Both the position numbers and the translations under genes were made by a program. From the NCBI GenBank assembly GCA_964522355.1, contig CAZFVT010000001.1, positions 1 to 43,977 of the forward strand: 43,977 bases of DNA, given 5' to 3'. Positions 16,610 to 27,224 of the stretch are shown here, piece after piece. Position 1 is the stretch's first letter; each line of letters opens with the position of its first letter. This stretch comes from an uncultured Woeseiaceae bacterium (lineage in GTDB: Bacteria > Pseudomonadota > Gammaproteobacteria > Steroidobacterales > Woeseiaceae). Under the pieces are notes generated by a model. The model saw nothing but the letters and a program-made list of their open reading frames with translations. It searched no databases and was not told where the DNA came from.

Positions 16610-17527
16610 ATGCTGTTCATACCCTTCAAGTTCGATCTGAGCCTGTCGAAGATCCCCTACCTGACGATCGTTGTCTGTCTGATCTGCATCGGCGTTTATT
16701 CCCAGCAGTTCGCCAACGAGATCGAGTTTCACGAACAGACTTATGCCTATTGCGATCAGTCCATGTCGCATTCGCAGCGCATGTCCATGGAGAAGGCACT
16801 GGGTGACGGCAGCGCCGAGGGATGCGTGGCGTTGATGTATGAGCTCACGCTGGCAGACGATCCGAAGGAAGTAGTCAAGAGCTACGCCGCGAACGCTGAA
16901 AAGTTTGCGGCCTTCAGCAAGGAAGACAGCCGGCTATTTATCGAAGACTTTCTGATGCAGAAATACGAGGGCTATCTGCGCAACGTGCCGCCCTACCAGA
17001 CGAAATCTCTTTGGTATGTGCCGGACAGCTGGAATCCCGTGACGATGGTGACCTCAACCTTCTCGCACGGGAGTTGGGATCACCTCATTGGCAACCTGAT
17101 CTTCTTTTTCGCCTTTGCCGCGGCCGTCGAGCTAATCGTTGGTTCGCTGGCGTTTCTCGGCATCATCCTGTTTATGGCATTCGGCACCAACGTCGCCTAC
17201 TCGCTGGCGATGAGCTCGGTGGAGAACGCGCTGCCGACGGTCGGCCTCTCAGGCGTCGTCATGGGCATGATGGCGATGCTCGCCTACTTTATGCCGACGG
17301 CGAAGATTCGCTGTTTCTACTGGTTTCTTATCAAGATCGGCACCGTTGCCGTGTCGGCCTGGATTCTGGCGCTGGTTTACGTCGGTCTCGATGTATGGAC
17401 CCTGATGTCCCAGGATGAGATGGGTGGGGTAAACCTCGTCGCCCATGTGAGCGGTGCCGTAATTGGTGTACTGCTCGGAGCGACCCTGTTTCGCCGCCAG
17501 AAGCGAATGGTTGCCGTCGATCTCTAG
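16610..17527 (+). CDS. Rhomboid-family intramembrane serine protease
   Basis: HGSWDHLIGNLIFF, catalytic GLSGVVMG (GxSG) and AHVSGAVIG (His). A long loop follows TM1. Confidence 0.85.
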   Translation: MLFIPFKFDLSLSKIPYLTIVVCLICIGVYSQQFANEIEFHEQTYAYCDQSMSHSQRMSMEKALGDGSAEGCVALMYELTLADDPKEVVKSYAANAEKFAAFSKEDSRLFIEDFLMQKYEGYLRNVPPYQTKSLWYVPDSWNPVTMVTSTFSHGSWDHLIGNLIFFFAFAAAVELIVGSLAFLGIILFMAFGTNVAYSLAMSSVENALPTVGLSGVVMGMMAMLAYFMPTAKIRCFYWFLIKIGTVAVSAWILALVYVGLDVWTLMSQDEMGGVNLVAHVSGAVIGVLLGATLFRRQKRMVAVDL

Positions 17528-17545
17528 AACCCCCCCGGGTTCAGC

Positions 17546-18229
17546 TCATTCCTGGCAACGCCGGTCAGGGCGAATAGTGCCGAACCTGCGAATTGCCAGG
17601 GACGCCGGGCTGCCTTCCGCCGACCAGCCATATTCACCGTCAAGCTCTGCATAGACCGGCCCCTGGGGGTTTCCGGCGCGCCGCAGCTGGCGAATGTACA
17701 GCTGATACTCCGCACCGGTTTCGACCGGCGTTTCGAGGTCGGTGGCACACTCCGAGAAGAACGTCATATCGCCGCGACGCTCCAGCATGCCGATCAGGGA
17801 CAGGGACCCCGGGAAATCATCCGGCCGCACGCTCTTGTAAACACGGTGGTCACCACCGGTCTGCGCAATCATTTCGAGCACACCCGTTTCTGGCATGCTG
17901 AAGCGGCGCTCGGGCCCCCTCGCCTGCAGGACGAGCAGGTCGTCATCGGCAAACCAGGCCCAGCGACCCATAGCGCTGGCAGTCGACAGGGTCCCGGCGC
18001 TGCCGCTCAGGTATTCCTGCCGGCTGAAGAAATAGCCGTCCTCGTGCAACAGGACTTCGGCGGTGATTCCCGGGCAGCCGTCGCAGGGAAACGTGCCGGT
18101 GAAAAAACCGATCGGCCCCGGGTCGTCGGACGTCATCTCAACGGTCCCCGGGATTTCGCCACCGCAGGCGCTCAGCAATGAAAGCAGCGCGAGGCAGGTA
18201 CAAACCTCGCGAAAAGCGTTGCTCCGCAT
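17546..18229 (-). CDS. NlpE-like (copper-resistance/CXXC) lipoprotein
   Basis: Start chosen at MRSNAFREV (ATG 18227-18229 with GAGGAA upstream; the longer track ORF overlaps the upstream gene). Lipobox LSLLSA-C. FTGTFPCDGCPGI resembles the NlpE N-domain CXXC motif. Confidence 0.6.
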   Translation of the reverse strand: MRSNAFREVCTCLALLSLLSACGGEIPGTVEMTSDDPGPIGFFTGTFPCDGCPGITAEVLLHEDGYFFSRQEYLSGSAGTLSTASAMGRWAWFADDDLLVLQARGPERRFSMPETGVLEMIAQTGGDHRVYKSVRPDDFPGSLSLIGMLERRGDMTFFSECATDLETPVETGAEYQLYIRQLRRAGNPQGPVYAELDGEYGWSAEGSPASLAIRRFGTIRPDRRCQE

Positions 18230-18258
18230 CGAGATTCCTCGCATCGGCCTGTAGACGC

Positions 18259-20376
18259 TTACTTCGCGAGCGGGTCGGGGCGCATCTGGAAGTGCACCAC
18301 AATCGGTCGGGAGCCCTTGCCGTCTTCCTTGAGCCACGGCGTGCGACCGCCTTCCGGCACCCAGATTCCCCGGCCTTTCCAGCCGGCGTCCGGGTCATCG
18401 ATGCGGCCCTCAAAGCCCTTGGTATAGAAGCCCATCGGGTAAGGAATCCGCAGGGTGACAAACTCGCCGTCGACCAGCGCGTGTACACCGTCGAACTGGT
18501 TGCCGGTGGCAATTGGCACGTCTTCACCCAGCCCCAGGGTGTTGTGCTGGTCGACCCAGGTGTAATAGCTCGACTCAACGCTGAACTCGGGAAGCTCATC
18601 GAACCCGGGCCCGGGCAGGTCGTGCAGGGTCCAGCCTTCCGGGCAGTGATGGCCGGTCGCGTCCGGGCCGTTTAGCGGACCTTCGCACTTGCTGCGATCG
18701 AACTCGCCCAGGTGACCGCTGCCGAGCGAACTCCAGACCACGCCGTTCTTGTCGATATCCGCGCCGCGAACGCCAAAACCGGGCAACGGCGGGAAGTAGA
18801 TTTCCGACAGTGCGGTCTGCGGCGGATTGTCGCCAGGCGCGAGCCGGGTGATGGAGCCGGGATAACGGAACGCGTTGGATCCCCAGACCGCATCGCCGCG
18901 GGGTTCGGGCATGACCGCATAGAAGCCGTTGGGAACGCGGGCATCCATCTCCGGGTTGATGGGTTCGCCCGGCTCGGTCCAGTCATCGAGTTCGCCGTTG
19001 CCGTTCGTATCCAGCACCGTCGGTGCCCAGCCCTGCGCCAGCGCCGCATCGCCGGTTTCAAACAGGGTCGTCGAATCCACCCAGCCAACTACGTCGCCGC
19101 CGCCGCTGGTCCACAGTGTATTGCGGTCATCGTAGGCGAACTGCAGGTGATGGGTGCTGAAGCAGGTATCGACAAAGGTGTACTCGCCGGAGGCGGGGTC
19201 ATAGATGGACAGATGCCGGCCGGCGCGGTCCTTCGGATAGAGCGCCGCGGATGGGTGCTCCGAGCCTTCGCGACAGAAGTCCGGGTTTGCGGCCGCACGA
19301 ATCCGCGCCGTCAGCCAGACGCGACCATCCTGATCGAGCATCGGGTTGTGCACGTTGGCCTTCGAGTCCCAAATGCGTTCCTCGCCCCAGTACGGTGACG
19401 GGGCTATAACCGGGTCGTCATTCGTGGTCGGCGTGTCCTCGTCGCGTACCGGCAAGGTGTACACGGTATCGGTGTTGGCCACCGGATCGAGAATCGGCAT
19501 GTCGTCGGTGCTGAGTTCCGGAGCACCATAGAGTTTGCCGTAGCCGTTCACTGTGGGGTTACGGCGGTCGGTGCCCGACAGGTCGTGCATGTAGTACTTC
19601 GGGTCGGACCAGTCGCGAATCGTCGCCACGACGTTGCGCTCGAGACCCTGTGGCCGCTCCGGCACGTGCTTCGGCAGCTCGCCGTTGGCGATGCGCTCGG
19701 ACCATTGCGCCAGGTACTTGATCGGCAAGCCCTGCAGCATGTCACCGGCGATGCGGGTCATGTAGCCGCCGGCCTGGCCGGACGCAATCCGCCGTGCCCA
19801 GGCCTGCTGGTGGTCCTCGATGTCGCCCAGTGCCTCGGGGAGTTCGCGAGTTCGCTGATTGCCAATCTGGTGACAGCCCACGCAGCCCATGTTCTTGGTC
19901 CAGGTGAGGTAGGCGTTCAGTCCACCTTCGATGTCTGCCACCTCTTCTTCGGTCGGCAGGTCCATCATCGCGAACCAGTAGGCCGCGGGGTAAACGCTTG
20001 CCGCAATCGCGGGGTCGGTAGCAACCGTCGCTTCGAGATCGATACGTTCACCTATCGTGGCTGCAACCTTGGCCGAGTCTGCGAGGCCGTAGCCACGTAC
20101 CCAGAGCTGGTAGTTCGCCTCGGGCAGATCGGGAACCAGGTAGCGACCTTCATCATCGGTGACGACAATGCGCGCGAAGCGCGTTTCCAGATCGTCCGTC
20201 TCGGCGATAACCCAGACGCCCGCTTCCGGGCCTGTGCTGCTGGTGACAATACCGGCGATGTCGTCGCTGTCCATGGCGACGGCAGGTGCTGCAGCCTCGG
20301 GCGGCGCATCTCCACCGCATCCGGCGGCAAGGAGTGAAGACACGGTGACGGCGTAGAACAGGGGGCAGCGGATCAT
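18259..20376 (-). CDS. Lipoprotein with a carboxypeptidase-regulatory-like beta-sandwich, one CXXCH haem-c motif and a large C-terminal (propeller-like?) region; function unknown
   Basis: Lipobox SLLAAG-C. GIVTS...GVWVIAE...DDEGRYLVPDLPEANYQLWVRGYG is CarboxypepD_reg-like. NMGCVGCHQIG has its CXXCH codons at 19870-19884. Confidence 0.75.
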   Translation of the reverse strand: MIRCPLFYAVTVSSLLAAGCGGDAPPEAAAPAVAMDSDDIAGIVTSSTGPEAGVWVIAETDDLETRFARIVVTDDEGRYLVPDLPEANYQLWVRGYGLADSAKVAATIGERIDLEATVATDPAIAASVYPAAYWFAMMDLPTEEEVADIEGGLNAYLTWTKNMGCVGCHQIGNQRTRELPEALGDIEDHQQAWARRIASGQAGGYMTRIAGDMLQGLPIKYLAQWSERIANGELPKHVPERPQGLERNVVATIRDWSDPKYYMHDLSGTDRRNPTVNGYGKLYGAPELSTDDMPILDPVANTDTVYTLPVRDEDTPTTNDDPVIAPSPYWGEERIWDSKANVHNPMLDQDGRVWLTARIRAAANPDFCREGSEHPSAALYPKDRAGRHLSIYDPASGEYTFVDTCFSTHHLQFAYDDRNTLWTSGGGDVVGWVDSTTLFETGDAALAQGWAPTVLDTNGNGELDDWTEPGEPINPEMDARVPNGFYAVMPEPRGDAVWGSNAFRYPGSITRLAPGDNPPQTALSEIYFPPLPGFGVRGADIDKNGVVWSSLGSGHLGEFDRSKCEGPLNGPDATGHHCPEGWTLHDLPGPGFDELPEFSVESSYYTWVDQHNTLGLGEDVPIATGNQFDGVHALVDGEFVTLRIPYPMGFYTKGFEGRIDDPDAGWKGRGIWVPEGGRTPWLKEDGKGSRPIVVHFQMRPDPLAK

Positions 20377-20573
20377 GCGGATCTCCTCGTTCGCGGGTCG
20401 GCAATGCGGCGGAGTCCAATATACCGCTGTTGAGGTTCGATCGCCGAACGCCGATGAGGCCTGATCCGCTATTCCGGTCGCGCGGTTGCGAATACCGAAA
20501 ATCGAGGCGTAGAGTGCGCACCGGTAGCACGTACAATTACCGCCATGTCTGGACTTCGAACACCGCAGGAATC

Positions 20574-20687
20574 ATGTCGCGGGTAAACGAAAGCCCGCGA
20601 TGGCGTACGCGCTACGCTGCGGTCGCTGTTGCAACCATCGCCGTGATGCTCGCGCTCTACGCCTTCAGCAACTACTTCTCTGCCTGA
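20574..20687 (+). CDS. Small single-TM membrane protein (37 aa) preceding the symporter
   Basis: ATG with GCAGGAA just upstream. The sequence MSRVNESPRWRTRYAAVAVATIAVMLALYAFSNYFSA has one hydrophobic helix. The stop is 3 nt before the symporter GTG. This is analogous to the small ORFs that precede some SSS transporters. Confidence 0.4.
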   Translation: MSRVNESPRWRTRYAAVAVATIAVMLALYAFSNYFSA

Positions 20688-20690
20688 CCC

Positions 20691-22367
20691 GTGGCAACCC
20701 TCGACTGGGCAATCGTCGCCGCCTATCTCGGCTATATCCTGTGGACCGGGGTTCAAATGCGCCGCTCGGGAACCAGCGAGGCTTATTTCCTGGCCGGACG
20801 CAGCCTGCCGTGGTGGGCGGTCGGGTTGTCCGTGATGGCCACGCAGATGTCGGCAATCACGCTTATCGGCACGACCGGGCAGGCCTACGCCGACGGGATG
20901 CGCTTCATCCAGTTCTATTTCGGCCTGCCGCTCGCCATGATCATCCTGTGCGTGACTGCGGTGCCATTCTTTCATCGTGCCCGGGTATTCACCGCCTATG
21001 AATACCTTGAGCAGCGGTTTGATGCTCGCACCCGAACCCTGACGAGCTTCTTCTTCCTGGTTTCTCGCGGCCTTGGCGTCGGCGTCATCATCGCGGCGCC
21101 GTCGGTGGTCCTGTCGCTGGTCCTCGGCTGGGACGAGGTTGCGACAATTTTCGTCATCGGCCTGTCGACGACCGCCTATACGATGCTCGGCGGCGTGCAG
21201 GCGGTGACCTGGGCCGACGTGAAGCAGATGGGCATCATCTTCATCGGCCTGACCGGCTGCATCGTCGCGATCCTCGCCGGACTGCCGGATGGCGTCAGTC
21301 TCGGCGACGGACTGCACCTGGCCGGCGCCACAGGCATGCTCGATACGATGGACTTTCGTTTCGACCTCACGGAGCGCTACACGATCTGGTCCGGTCTTTT
21401 CGCCGCTCTTTTCCTGTTCCTTTCCTACTTCGGCTGCGACCAGAGCCAGGTGCAGCGATACCTGAGCGCGAAGTCCGCCGATGAGGGACGCGGGTCGCTG
21501 CTGATGTCGGCGTTCCTGAAAATACCGCTGCAGTTCGCGATTCTGCTCATTGGCGTGCTGGTCTTCATTTTCTATCAGTTTCAGCCGGCACCGATGATCT
21601 TCAATGACGTGGATGCGGCGCGAGCCGCCGCAAGACAGCCTGCGGCCTACGAAGCCCTCGCCGCCGACTTCGGGCAGGCAGATCGTGAGCGGCGATCGGC
21701 CGCGCTGCAGTATATCGAGCAACGGGAAACAGCCGGCGGCGAAAACGCCCTTGCCGCGTATCGACGGGCAGACGCCGCCTATCAGTCCAGGCGCCAGGCA
21801 GCCACGGAGTTCGTCCGTGAGACGAATGGCAACCGAAACTTCACCGACGTCAACTACGTCTTCCCCACCTTCATCATCCAGAACATGCCGGTAGGCCTCG
21901 TCGGCCTGCTGATTGCCGCCATCCTCGCCGCCGCCATGTCGAGCGTCGCCGCGGAGCTTAACTCGCTATCGACGGCGACCAGCATGGATTTCCTGAAGCG
22001 CCATTTCCGCCCGGACTGCAGCGAACGGGAGCTGGTCCGATTCGGGCGCCTGGCAACGGCGACCTGGGGCCTGTTCGCCTGCATTGTTGCGACCTTCGCC
22101 ACCAACCTCGGGTCTCTTATAGAAGTGGTAAACACCTTCGGCTCCTTCTTTTATGGCTCGCTGCTCGGCGTCTTCGTGCTCGCCTTTGCCGTTCCGCGTG
22201 CCAAACCGGCCGGCGCTTTTTACGGACTGCTGTTTGGTATCGTTGCCGTCTGGTTCGCGAGCTCGGGCACCGACATCGCGTTCCTCTGGTTTAACGTCGT
22301 CGGCTGCCTGGTTACGGTCGCCGCCGGCTTTCTGATCAGCCTGCTGCCCGGCGGAGCCAAAGCATGA
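20691..22367 (+). CDS. Sodium:solute symporter (SSS family) with a long hydrophilic internal loop
   Basis: GTG start. N-terminus [36 protein letters not shown] is typical of SSS. About 13 TM segments. An Ala/Arg/Gln-rich hydrophilic insertion of roughly 80 aa runs from [11 protein letters not shown] to NFTDVNY. Confidence 0.9.
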   Translation: MATLDWAIVAAYLGYILWTGVQMRRSGTSEAYFLAGRSLPWWAVGLSVMATQMSAITLIGTTGQAYADGMRFIQFYFGLPLAMIILCVTAVPFFHRARVFTAYEYLEQRFDARTRTLTSFFFLVSRGLGVGVIIAAPSVVLSLVLGWDEVATIFVIGLSTTAYTMLGGVQAVTWADVKQMGIIFIGLTGCIVAILAGLPDGVSLGDGLHLAGATGMLDTMDFRFDLTERYTIWSGLFAALFLFLSYFGCDQSQVQRYLSAKSADEGRGSLLMSAFLKIPLQFAILLIGVLVFIFYQFQPAPMIFNDVDAARAAARQPAAYEALAADFGQADRERRSAALQYIEQRETAGGENALAAYRRADAAYQSRRQAATEFVRETNGNRNFTDVNYVFPTFIIQNMPVGLVGLLIAAILAAAMSSVAAELNSLSTATSMDFLKRHFRPDCSERELVRFGRLATATWGLFACIVATFATNLGSLIEVVNTFGSFFYGSLLGVFVLAFAVPRAKPAGAFYGLLFGIVAVWFASSGTDIAFLWFNVVGCLVTVAAGFLISLLPGGAKA

Positions 22368-24973
22368 AGACACTCGTTGCAATCCTGGTCGTCGCGTTGT
22401 GCCTGTCGCTGTCGTCCCCCCCCGCCTCGGCCCAGGTGCGTGCCGAATACGACCGGGGCGCGGGCGAGCTGGCGAGGCTCTTGAGGAGACTGCAGACGAC
22501 AGCAAGCGTGTTACACACCGGCGCCCACCCGGACGATGAAGACTCCGCGCTGATTGCTTACCAAGCGCGGGCCGAGCACGCGCGGACGGCCTATCTGTCG
22601 CTCACCCGCGGCTCCGGCGGCCAAAACATCATCGGTCCGGAACTTGCCGATCTGCTGGGCGTTATCCGTACCGAGGAGCTGCTGCAGGCGAGACGATTCG
22701 ACGGTGCCGGACAGTACTTCACTCGCGCCGTGGACTTCGGCTTCTCGAAGCAACGGGAAGAGGGTCAGCGCATATGGGACGAACCGGTGCTGCTCGGCGA
22801 CATGGTAAGAACGATCCGGCAGTTCCGGCCAGACGTAGTGGTGTCCCGCTGGAACGGCACGCCGACTGACGGTCACGGTCATCATCAGTTCGCCGGTTAC
22901 CTGACGCCGCTGGCGGTTGAAGCGGCGGCCGACCCGAATCGGTATCCGGAGCAGCTTGCTGACGGCCTCAGCCCGTGGAAGGTTAAGAAGGTGTACGTTG
23001 GTGAACGTCGATCGATCGACAGCCTGTCGCGCGAGTTGCTGGCCATCGATACCGGCCAGCTCGATCCGGTCGCCGGACGAAGCTACTTCCAGATTGGCAT
23101 GCGCGGCCGCAGCCAGCAGAAGACCCAGCAGATGGGTTCACTGGAACTCCATGGGAGCCAGGAATCCCTGCTGCGGCGAACCGCTCCCACCATTGACGCG
23201 CTGGGAGCCGAGGAAAGCGTTTTTGACGGCATCGACACGAGTATTGCCGCGATCGCAGCCTTTGAGCCCAGCCCATCCGACGACTTCGTCGCCCGGCTTG
23301 ATGAACTGGAGGTCCTCGCGAGTGCCGCACTCGACGCTTACGATCCATTTGCACCTGCCGCCCTGATCGAACCGCTGGCCGCGGGTCTGCGTGCGGCGAA
23401 GGTGGCTCTCGACCTTGCTGAAGCAAGCGACAGTCGACGACTCCTCGAGGAGAAAATCGGCGAGTTTGGCGAGGCGCTGGTGCTGGCTGCCGGCATCACC
23501 GTTGACGCGCTCGCCGATACCGAGACCGCCGTCCCGGGCGACACGTTTAATGTCGCGGTACGCCTGTTCAACGCCAGCCACGGTTCCCTGGCCGCGGCCG
23601 GGCTGATCGTCCCCGGCGACTGGTCGGTCGAACGGCTCGATCAGGGCGCCCTGTCCAGCGAAGCCCGATGGCGGCGGCGCGAACAGCCCGACGCCGATCT
23701 CTACTTCACGGTCGGGGTACCAGCCGACGCAGCACCAAGCCAACCCTATTGGCTCCGGTACGCACGGCAGGGCGCTATGTATGACTGGTCGGCCGCCGTC
23801 GATGCCGCCACCGAACCCTTCGCGGCACCCCTCATTACCGCGGTTGTCGACCTGACGGTCGGTGGCGAGACGATACGGGTTGAGCGGGAGGTGCGGCACA
23901 GGCTCGTTGATCGGGTGCGCGGCGAGCTGCGACGGCGGTTCGATGTCGTCCCGGCAATCACCCTGGAGCCGGCGAACGATCTCGAGATCATCACAACATC
24001 GACTGCGCAGCGCCGCTATCCGATCAGCATTACCGTACAGAATCATTCGACCGCGCCGGTCGAGGGCAACGTAGCCTTAGACATGCCAGACGGCTGGAGC
24101 CTCGAGCCCGGGACCCGACGGTTTTCCCTGCCGCCCGCCCCCGCCAGCACCGCGGTCAGCTTCGAGCTCGTCCTGCCGGACGACGCACCGGCCGGCGATT
24201 ATCGACTGACAGCGAAGGCCACGGCGGCAGGCATCGACTACGAGCTGTCCCTGACCGAGATCGCCTATCCGCACATCGACACGCATCGGGTTTATGACCG
24301 CGCGACCAGCGTATTCACGCTCATCGACGTTGACGTGGCGCCAGTTCGAATCGGCTACGTCATGGGCAGTGGCGATGCGGTTGCCGAGTCGCTGCGAAAA
24401 CTCGGTCTCGATGTCAGCCTGATCGACGACGACACCTTGACCGGCGGCGACCTGTCCCAGTACGACACGATCGTCGTAGGCATCCGCGCCTCGCAAACGC
24501 GTGAGGCCTACGTCGCCGCGAACGGCCGGCTCCTTGAATTTGTCCGCGCCGGCGGAACGATGATCGTGCAGTATCAGCAGCCGGACTTTGCGGCGAAGAA
24601 CCTTGCGCCCTTCCCGGTGCAGATGGAGCGCAACGTTCGCGTCGTCGATGAAACGGCGCCGGTCAATCGCCTGGCTCCCGAGCATCCAGCCTGGAATTAT
24701 CCGAACCGGATAGCCGACGAGGACTTTGAAGGCTGGATCCAGGAACGCAATAACTACAACTGGACCGCCTTCGATCGGGATCGCTATGTGCCGCTGACCG
24801 AAAGCCACGACCCGGGCGAGCCCGAAAGCGACGGCGCGATGCTCTATGCAAAGCTCGGCGACGGCCACTACGTCTACACGGCCTATTCCTTCTTCCGCCA
24901 GTTACCGAACGGTACGCCCGGGGCCTATCGAATTTTCGCCAACCTGCTGAGCCTGTCTGCAGCGCCGGAGTAA
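22364..24973 (+). CDS. Secreted PIG-L/LmbE-family N-deacetylase, large multidomain form (869 aa)
   Basis: Sec leader ends PPASA/QV. The metal-binding motif AHPDDEDSA is followed by LTRGSGGQN. The C-terminal region (YVMGSGDAV...VVGIRAS...GGTMIVQYQ) looks like a class-I amidotransferase/ThuA-like fold. The ATG overlaps the symporter stop (ATGA 22364-22367). Confidence 0.85.
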   Translation: MKTLVAILVVALCLSLSSPPASAQVRAEYDRGAGELARLLRRLQTTASVLHTGAHPDDEDSALIAYQARAEHARTAYLSLTRGSGGQNIIGPELADLLGVIRTEELLQARRFDGAGQYFTRAVDFGFSKQREEGQRIWDEPVLLGDMVRTIRQFRPDVVVSRWNGTPTDGHGHHQFAGYLTPLAVEAAADPNRYPEQLADGLSPWKVKKVYVGERRSIDSLSRELLAIDTGQLDPVAGRSYFQIGMRGRSQQKTQQMGSLELHGSQESLLRRTAPTIDALGAEESVFDGIDTSIAAIAAFEPSPSDDFVARLDELEVLASAALDAYDPFAPAALIEPLAAGLRAAKVALDLAEASDSRRLLEEKIGEFGEALVLAAGITVDALADTETAVPGDTFNVAVRLFNASHGSLAAAGLIVPGDWSVERLDQGALSSEARWRRREQPDADLYFTVGVPADAAPSQPYWLRYARQGAMYDWSAAVDAATEPFAAPLITAVVDLTVGGETIRVEREVRHRLVDRVRGELRRRFDVVPAITLEPANDLEIITTSTAQRRYPISITVQNHSTAPVEGNVALDMPDGWSLEPGTRRFSLPPAPASTAVSFELVLPDDAPAGDYRLTAKATAAGIDYELSLTEIAYPHIDTHRVYDRATSVFTLIDVDVAPVRIGYVMGSGDAVAESLRKLGLDVSLIDDDTLTGGDLSQYDTIVVGIRASQTREAYVAANGRLLEFVRAGGTMIVQYQQPDFAAKNLAPFPVQMERNVRVVDETAPVNRLAPEHPAWNYPNRIADEDFEGWIQERNNYNWTAFDRDRYVPLTESHDPGEPESDGAMLYAKLGDGHYVYTAYSFFRQLPNGTPGAYRIFANLLSLSAAPE

Positions 24974-24976
24974 CTC

Positions 24977-26449
24977 GTGAGCGACAAGTTTCCCGCAGAA
25001 CCCTATAAGAAGAACGTGCTCGCGGACTGCTTCGCAGACGCGAAGCGTTACTTCCTTGATGCCTACATCGCCGTCGACCGCGCGCACGCGATCATGCTCG
25101 GCGAGCAGGGGATCATCGACGAGGCCGCGACAAGAGCGATTCTGACGGCCATCGACCGGCTGGATGTTGAGAAGATCCGCGCCGCCGAGTACGACGGCAG
25201 CGTTGAGGACCTGTTCTTTTACCTGCAGCGCGAGATCGCAGCGAACTGCGACGACCCGGACGCCGCTACCCGCCTGCACACGGCGCGGAGCCGCAACGAT
25301 ATCGACGTGACCATCTACCGGCTCTATCTCCGCGAGCAGGTGCTGATCCTGATTGAAGCCTGCCAGCATCTGCGTGGGGTCTTCCTGTCGCTTGCCTCAC
25401 AGCACTACGATTCCCTGATGCCGGCCTATACCCACACCCAGCCGGCACAGCCTACGACGCTCGCGCATTACCTGCTGGCAATGGCCGAAAACGTCAGCCG
25501 CGATATCCGCCGACTCCAGCGCGCCTACGAAAACATGAACACCTGCCCGCTGGGTGCCTGCGCGATCACGACGACGGGCTTTCCGATCAACCGCGAACGA
25601 GTCGCGGAATTGCTCGGCTTCGATGGCCCCACCGAGAACTCCTACGCTTCTATCGCCTCGGTCGACTACTTCACCGAGTTTCTGGGTGCGAGCGCGGTAT
25701 TGATGATCAACATCGGCAAATTCGCCCAGGAGTTTTTATTGATGGCGATGATGGAGTTCGGCGTGATCCGTTTGCCTGATGGCTACGTACAGGCCTCTTC
25801 CATCATGCCGCAGAAGCGCAACCCGGTCGCGGTCGAACACGTTCGCGCCATCGCCAGCAAGGCGCACGGGCAGATGCTTGGTGTGCTGGCCGCCGTACAC
25901 AACACGCCCTTTGGTGACATCAACGACGTCGAGGATGACCTGCAGCCGCTAAACTTCAGTGCCGTTCGGGACGGCATCCGCGCCGTATCCTTGCTGGCGA
26001 ACACGCTGGAGGCGGCGGAGTTCGATCTGGAGCTGCTGGCCAGGCGCGCGGAGGACAACTTCATCACCATCACCGAGCTCGCCGACCGGCTGGTTCGCGA
26101 TGACGGCCTGTCCTTCAAGGCAGCACATGCCATCTGCGCCCGCTGCGTGGCCGCGGCGACCGAAGCCGACGGTGTTATCACCTATACGATGTTTCGTGAC
26201 GCGGCCAGGGACGTTGTTGGCGAAGTGACGTCCATGAGCGAGGACGCTTTTGCTGAAGCATTGTCGGCACGAAACTTCGTCGCCGTACGCGATGTCTTCG
26301 GCGGGCCTGCACTGGCACAAACCGCTGACGCGCTGGAGCGCCAGCGTGAGGCTGAACGGGCAGATGAAACCTGGCGAGACTTGGCACGTACCGGACTTGG
26401 CTCCAGCGTCGAACACGATCGTCAGCCTGTCGACAGGGTTTTGGGGTAG
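24977..26449 (+). CDS. Argininosuccinate lyase / fumarate-lyase superfamily paralog
   Basis: GTG with GGAG 9 nt upstream, 3 nt after the previous stop. Superfamily signature SSIMPQKRNP plus TARSRNDIDV and HTQPAQPTT. The N-terminus differs from canonical ArgH. No signal peptide. Confidence 0.85.
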   Translation: MSDKFPAEPYKKNVLADCFADAKRYFLDAYIAVDRAHAIMLGEQGIIDEAATRAILTAIDRLDVEKIRAAEYDGSVEDLFFYLQREIAANCDDPDAATRLHTARSRNDIDVTIYRLYLREQVLILIEACQHLRGVFLSLASQHYDSLMPAYTHTQPAQPTTLAHYLLAMAENVSRDIRRLQRAYENMNTCPLGACAITTTGFPINRERVAELLGFDGPTENSYASIASVDYFTEFLGASAVLMINIGKFAQEFLLMAMMEFGVIRLPDGYVQASSIMPQKRNPVAVEHVRAIASKAHGQMLGVLAAVHNTPFGDINDVEDDLQPLNFSAVRDGIRAVSLLANTLEAAEFDLELLARRAEDNFITITELADRLVRDDGLSFKAAHAICARCVAAATEADGVITYTMFRDAARDVVGEVTSMSEDAFAEALSARNFVAVRDVFGGPALAQTADALERQREAERADETWRDLARTGLGSSVEHDRQPVDRVLG

Positions 26450-26656
26450 CGCGCTCCCGGCGAGAGAACCTCCTGGGGCTTCCTGCGCCTCACACGTCGC
26501 AGTTCATTTCGCGGTTACACAAAGTTACCGTTTTGAGCCGAGACGGCGATGCCGTTGGGACAAATACGAGTATAGTTCGCGGCTGGCCTGCAACCTGGCA
26601 AGACGCGGACTGCACTCCCTGTAGAATCCGCAAAGCGCCGGCACGCCAAAAACCCA

Positions 26657-27211
26657 ATGACTCAGCACGAATACATCTTCATCGCGATTTCGGTCGTCCT
26701 TGGCCTTGCCATGGCGCGACTGCTGCACACGGCTGCCCTGCTCGTGCGCGCGCACACGCGCGTCCAGCATCACTGGGCGACGTCGCTGTGGGGCGCCTGC
26801 ATCCTGATCTATATCCTTCAGCTCTGGTGGGTTGGCTGGGAACTCCGTTCCTATCCTGACTGGTCGATCGTGGACTTTTTCGCGCTGGTCATCGGTTCGA
26901 TCTTCGTCTACGGCGCCGCTGAACTTGCGCTACCCACAGAAGACTTCGACATCACCGACGACACCGAGCTGGACTTCCTGCTTCACAGCCGGTCCCTCGG
27001 TCGTGTGTCCGCCGCATCGATGCTTGGCTACTTCGTCATCGGGCCCTACGTGAACATTGCCATGTTCAATAACCCGCCGCTCGCGTCCTATGGATTTCCT
27101 GCCGTGGGCGGATTGATGATGCTTGCCATGATCTTCCGGCCGCAGTGGTTCCGGTGGCTGACGGTGATATTTGCCGGCTATACGCTGTTGATCCTGTACC
27201 TGACTGCCTGA
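26657..27211 (+). CDS. Hypothetical integral membrane protein (about 5 TM)
   Basis: Hydrophobic segments run throughout. No recognisable motif. Weak RBS. Confidence 0.6.
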   Translation: MTQHEYIFIAISVVLGLAMARLLHTAALLVRAHTRVQHHWATSLWGACILIYILQLWWVGWELRSYPDWSIVDFFALVIGSIFVYGAAELALPTEDFDITDDTELDFLLHSRSLGRVSAASMLGYFVIGPYVNIAMFNNPPLASYGFPAVGGLMMLAMIFRPQWFRWLTVIFAGYTLLILYLTA

Positions 27212-27224
27212 ACGGCAGTCGTTG

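Noticed and set aside
16610-17527. Rhomboid protease as a rhombosortase processing the shared C-terminal module of the two CBM proteins
   Set aside because: The shared module ends in a hydrophilic beta-strand-like DNVSITID with no GlyGly-CTERM transmembrane helix. The protease is also longer than typical rhombosortases. Nothing beyond proximity links them.
20487-20516. Possible sigma70 promoter TTGCGA-18 nt-TAGAGT for the symporter operon
   Set aside because: Only 4/6 matches in each hexamer, with non-optimal spacing. This cannot be distinguished from chance without transcription-start data.
27202-27220. 7-bp hairpin GACTGCC-TGAAC-GGCAGTC between convergent genes as a bidirectional terminator
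   Set aside because: The stem is short, there is no U-tract on either side, and it overlaps the stop codon of the membrane-protein gene. The evidence is weak.
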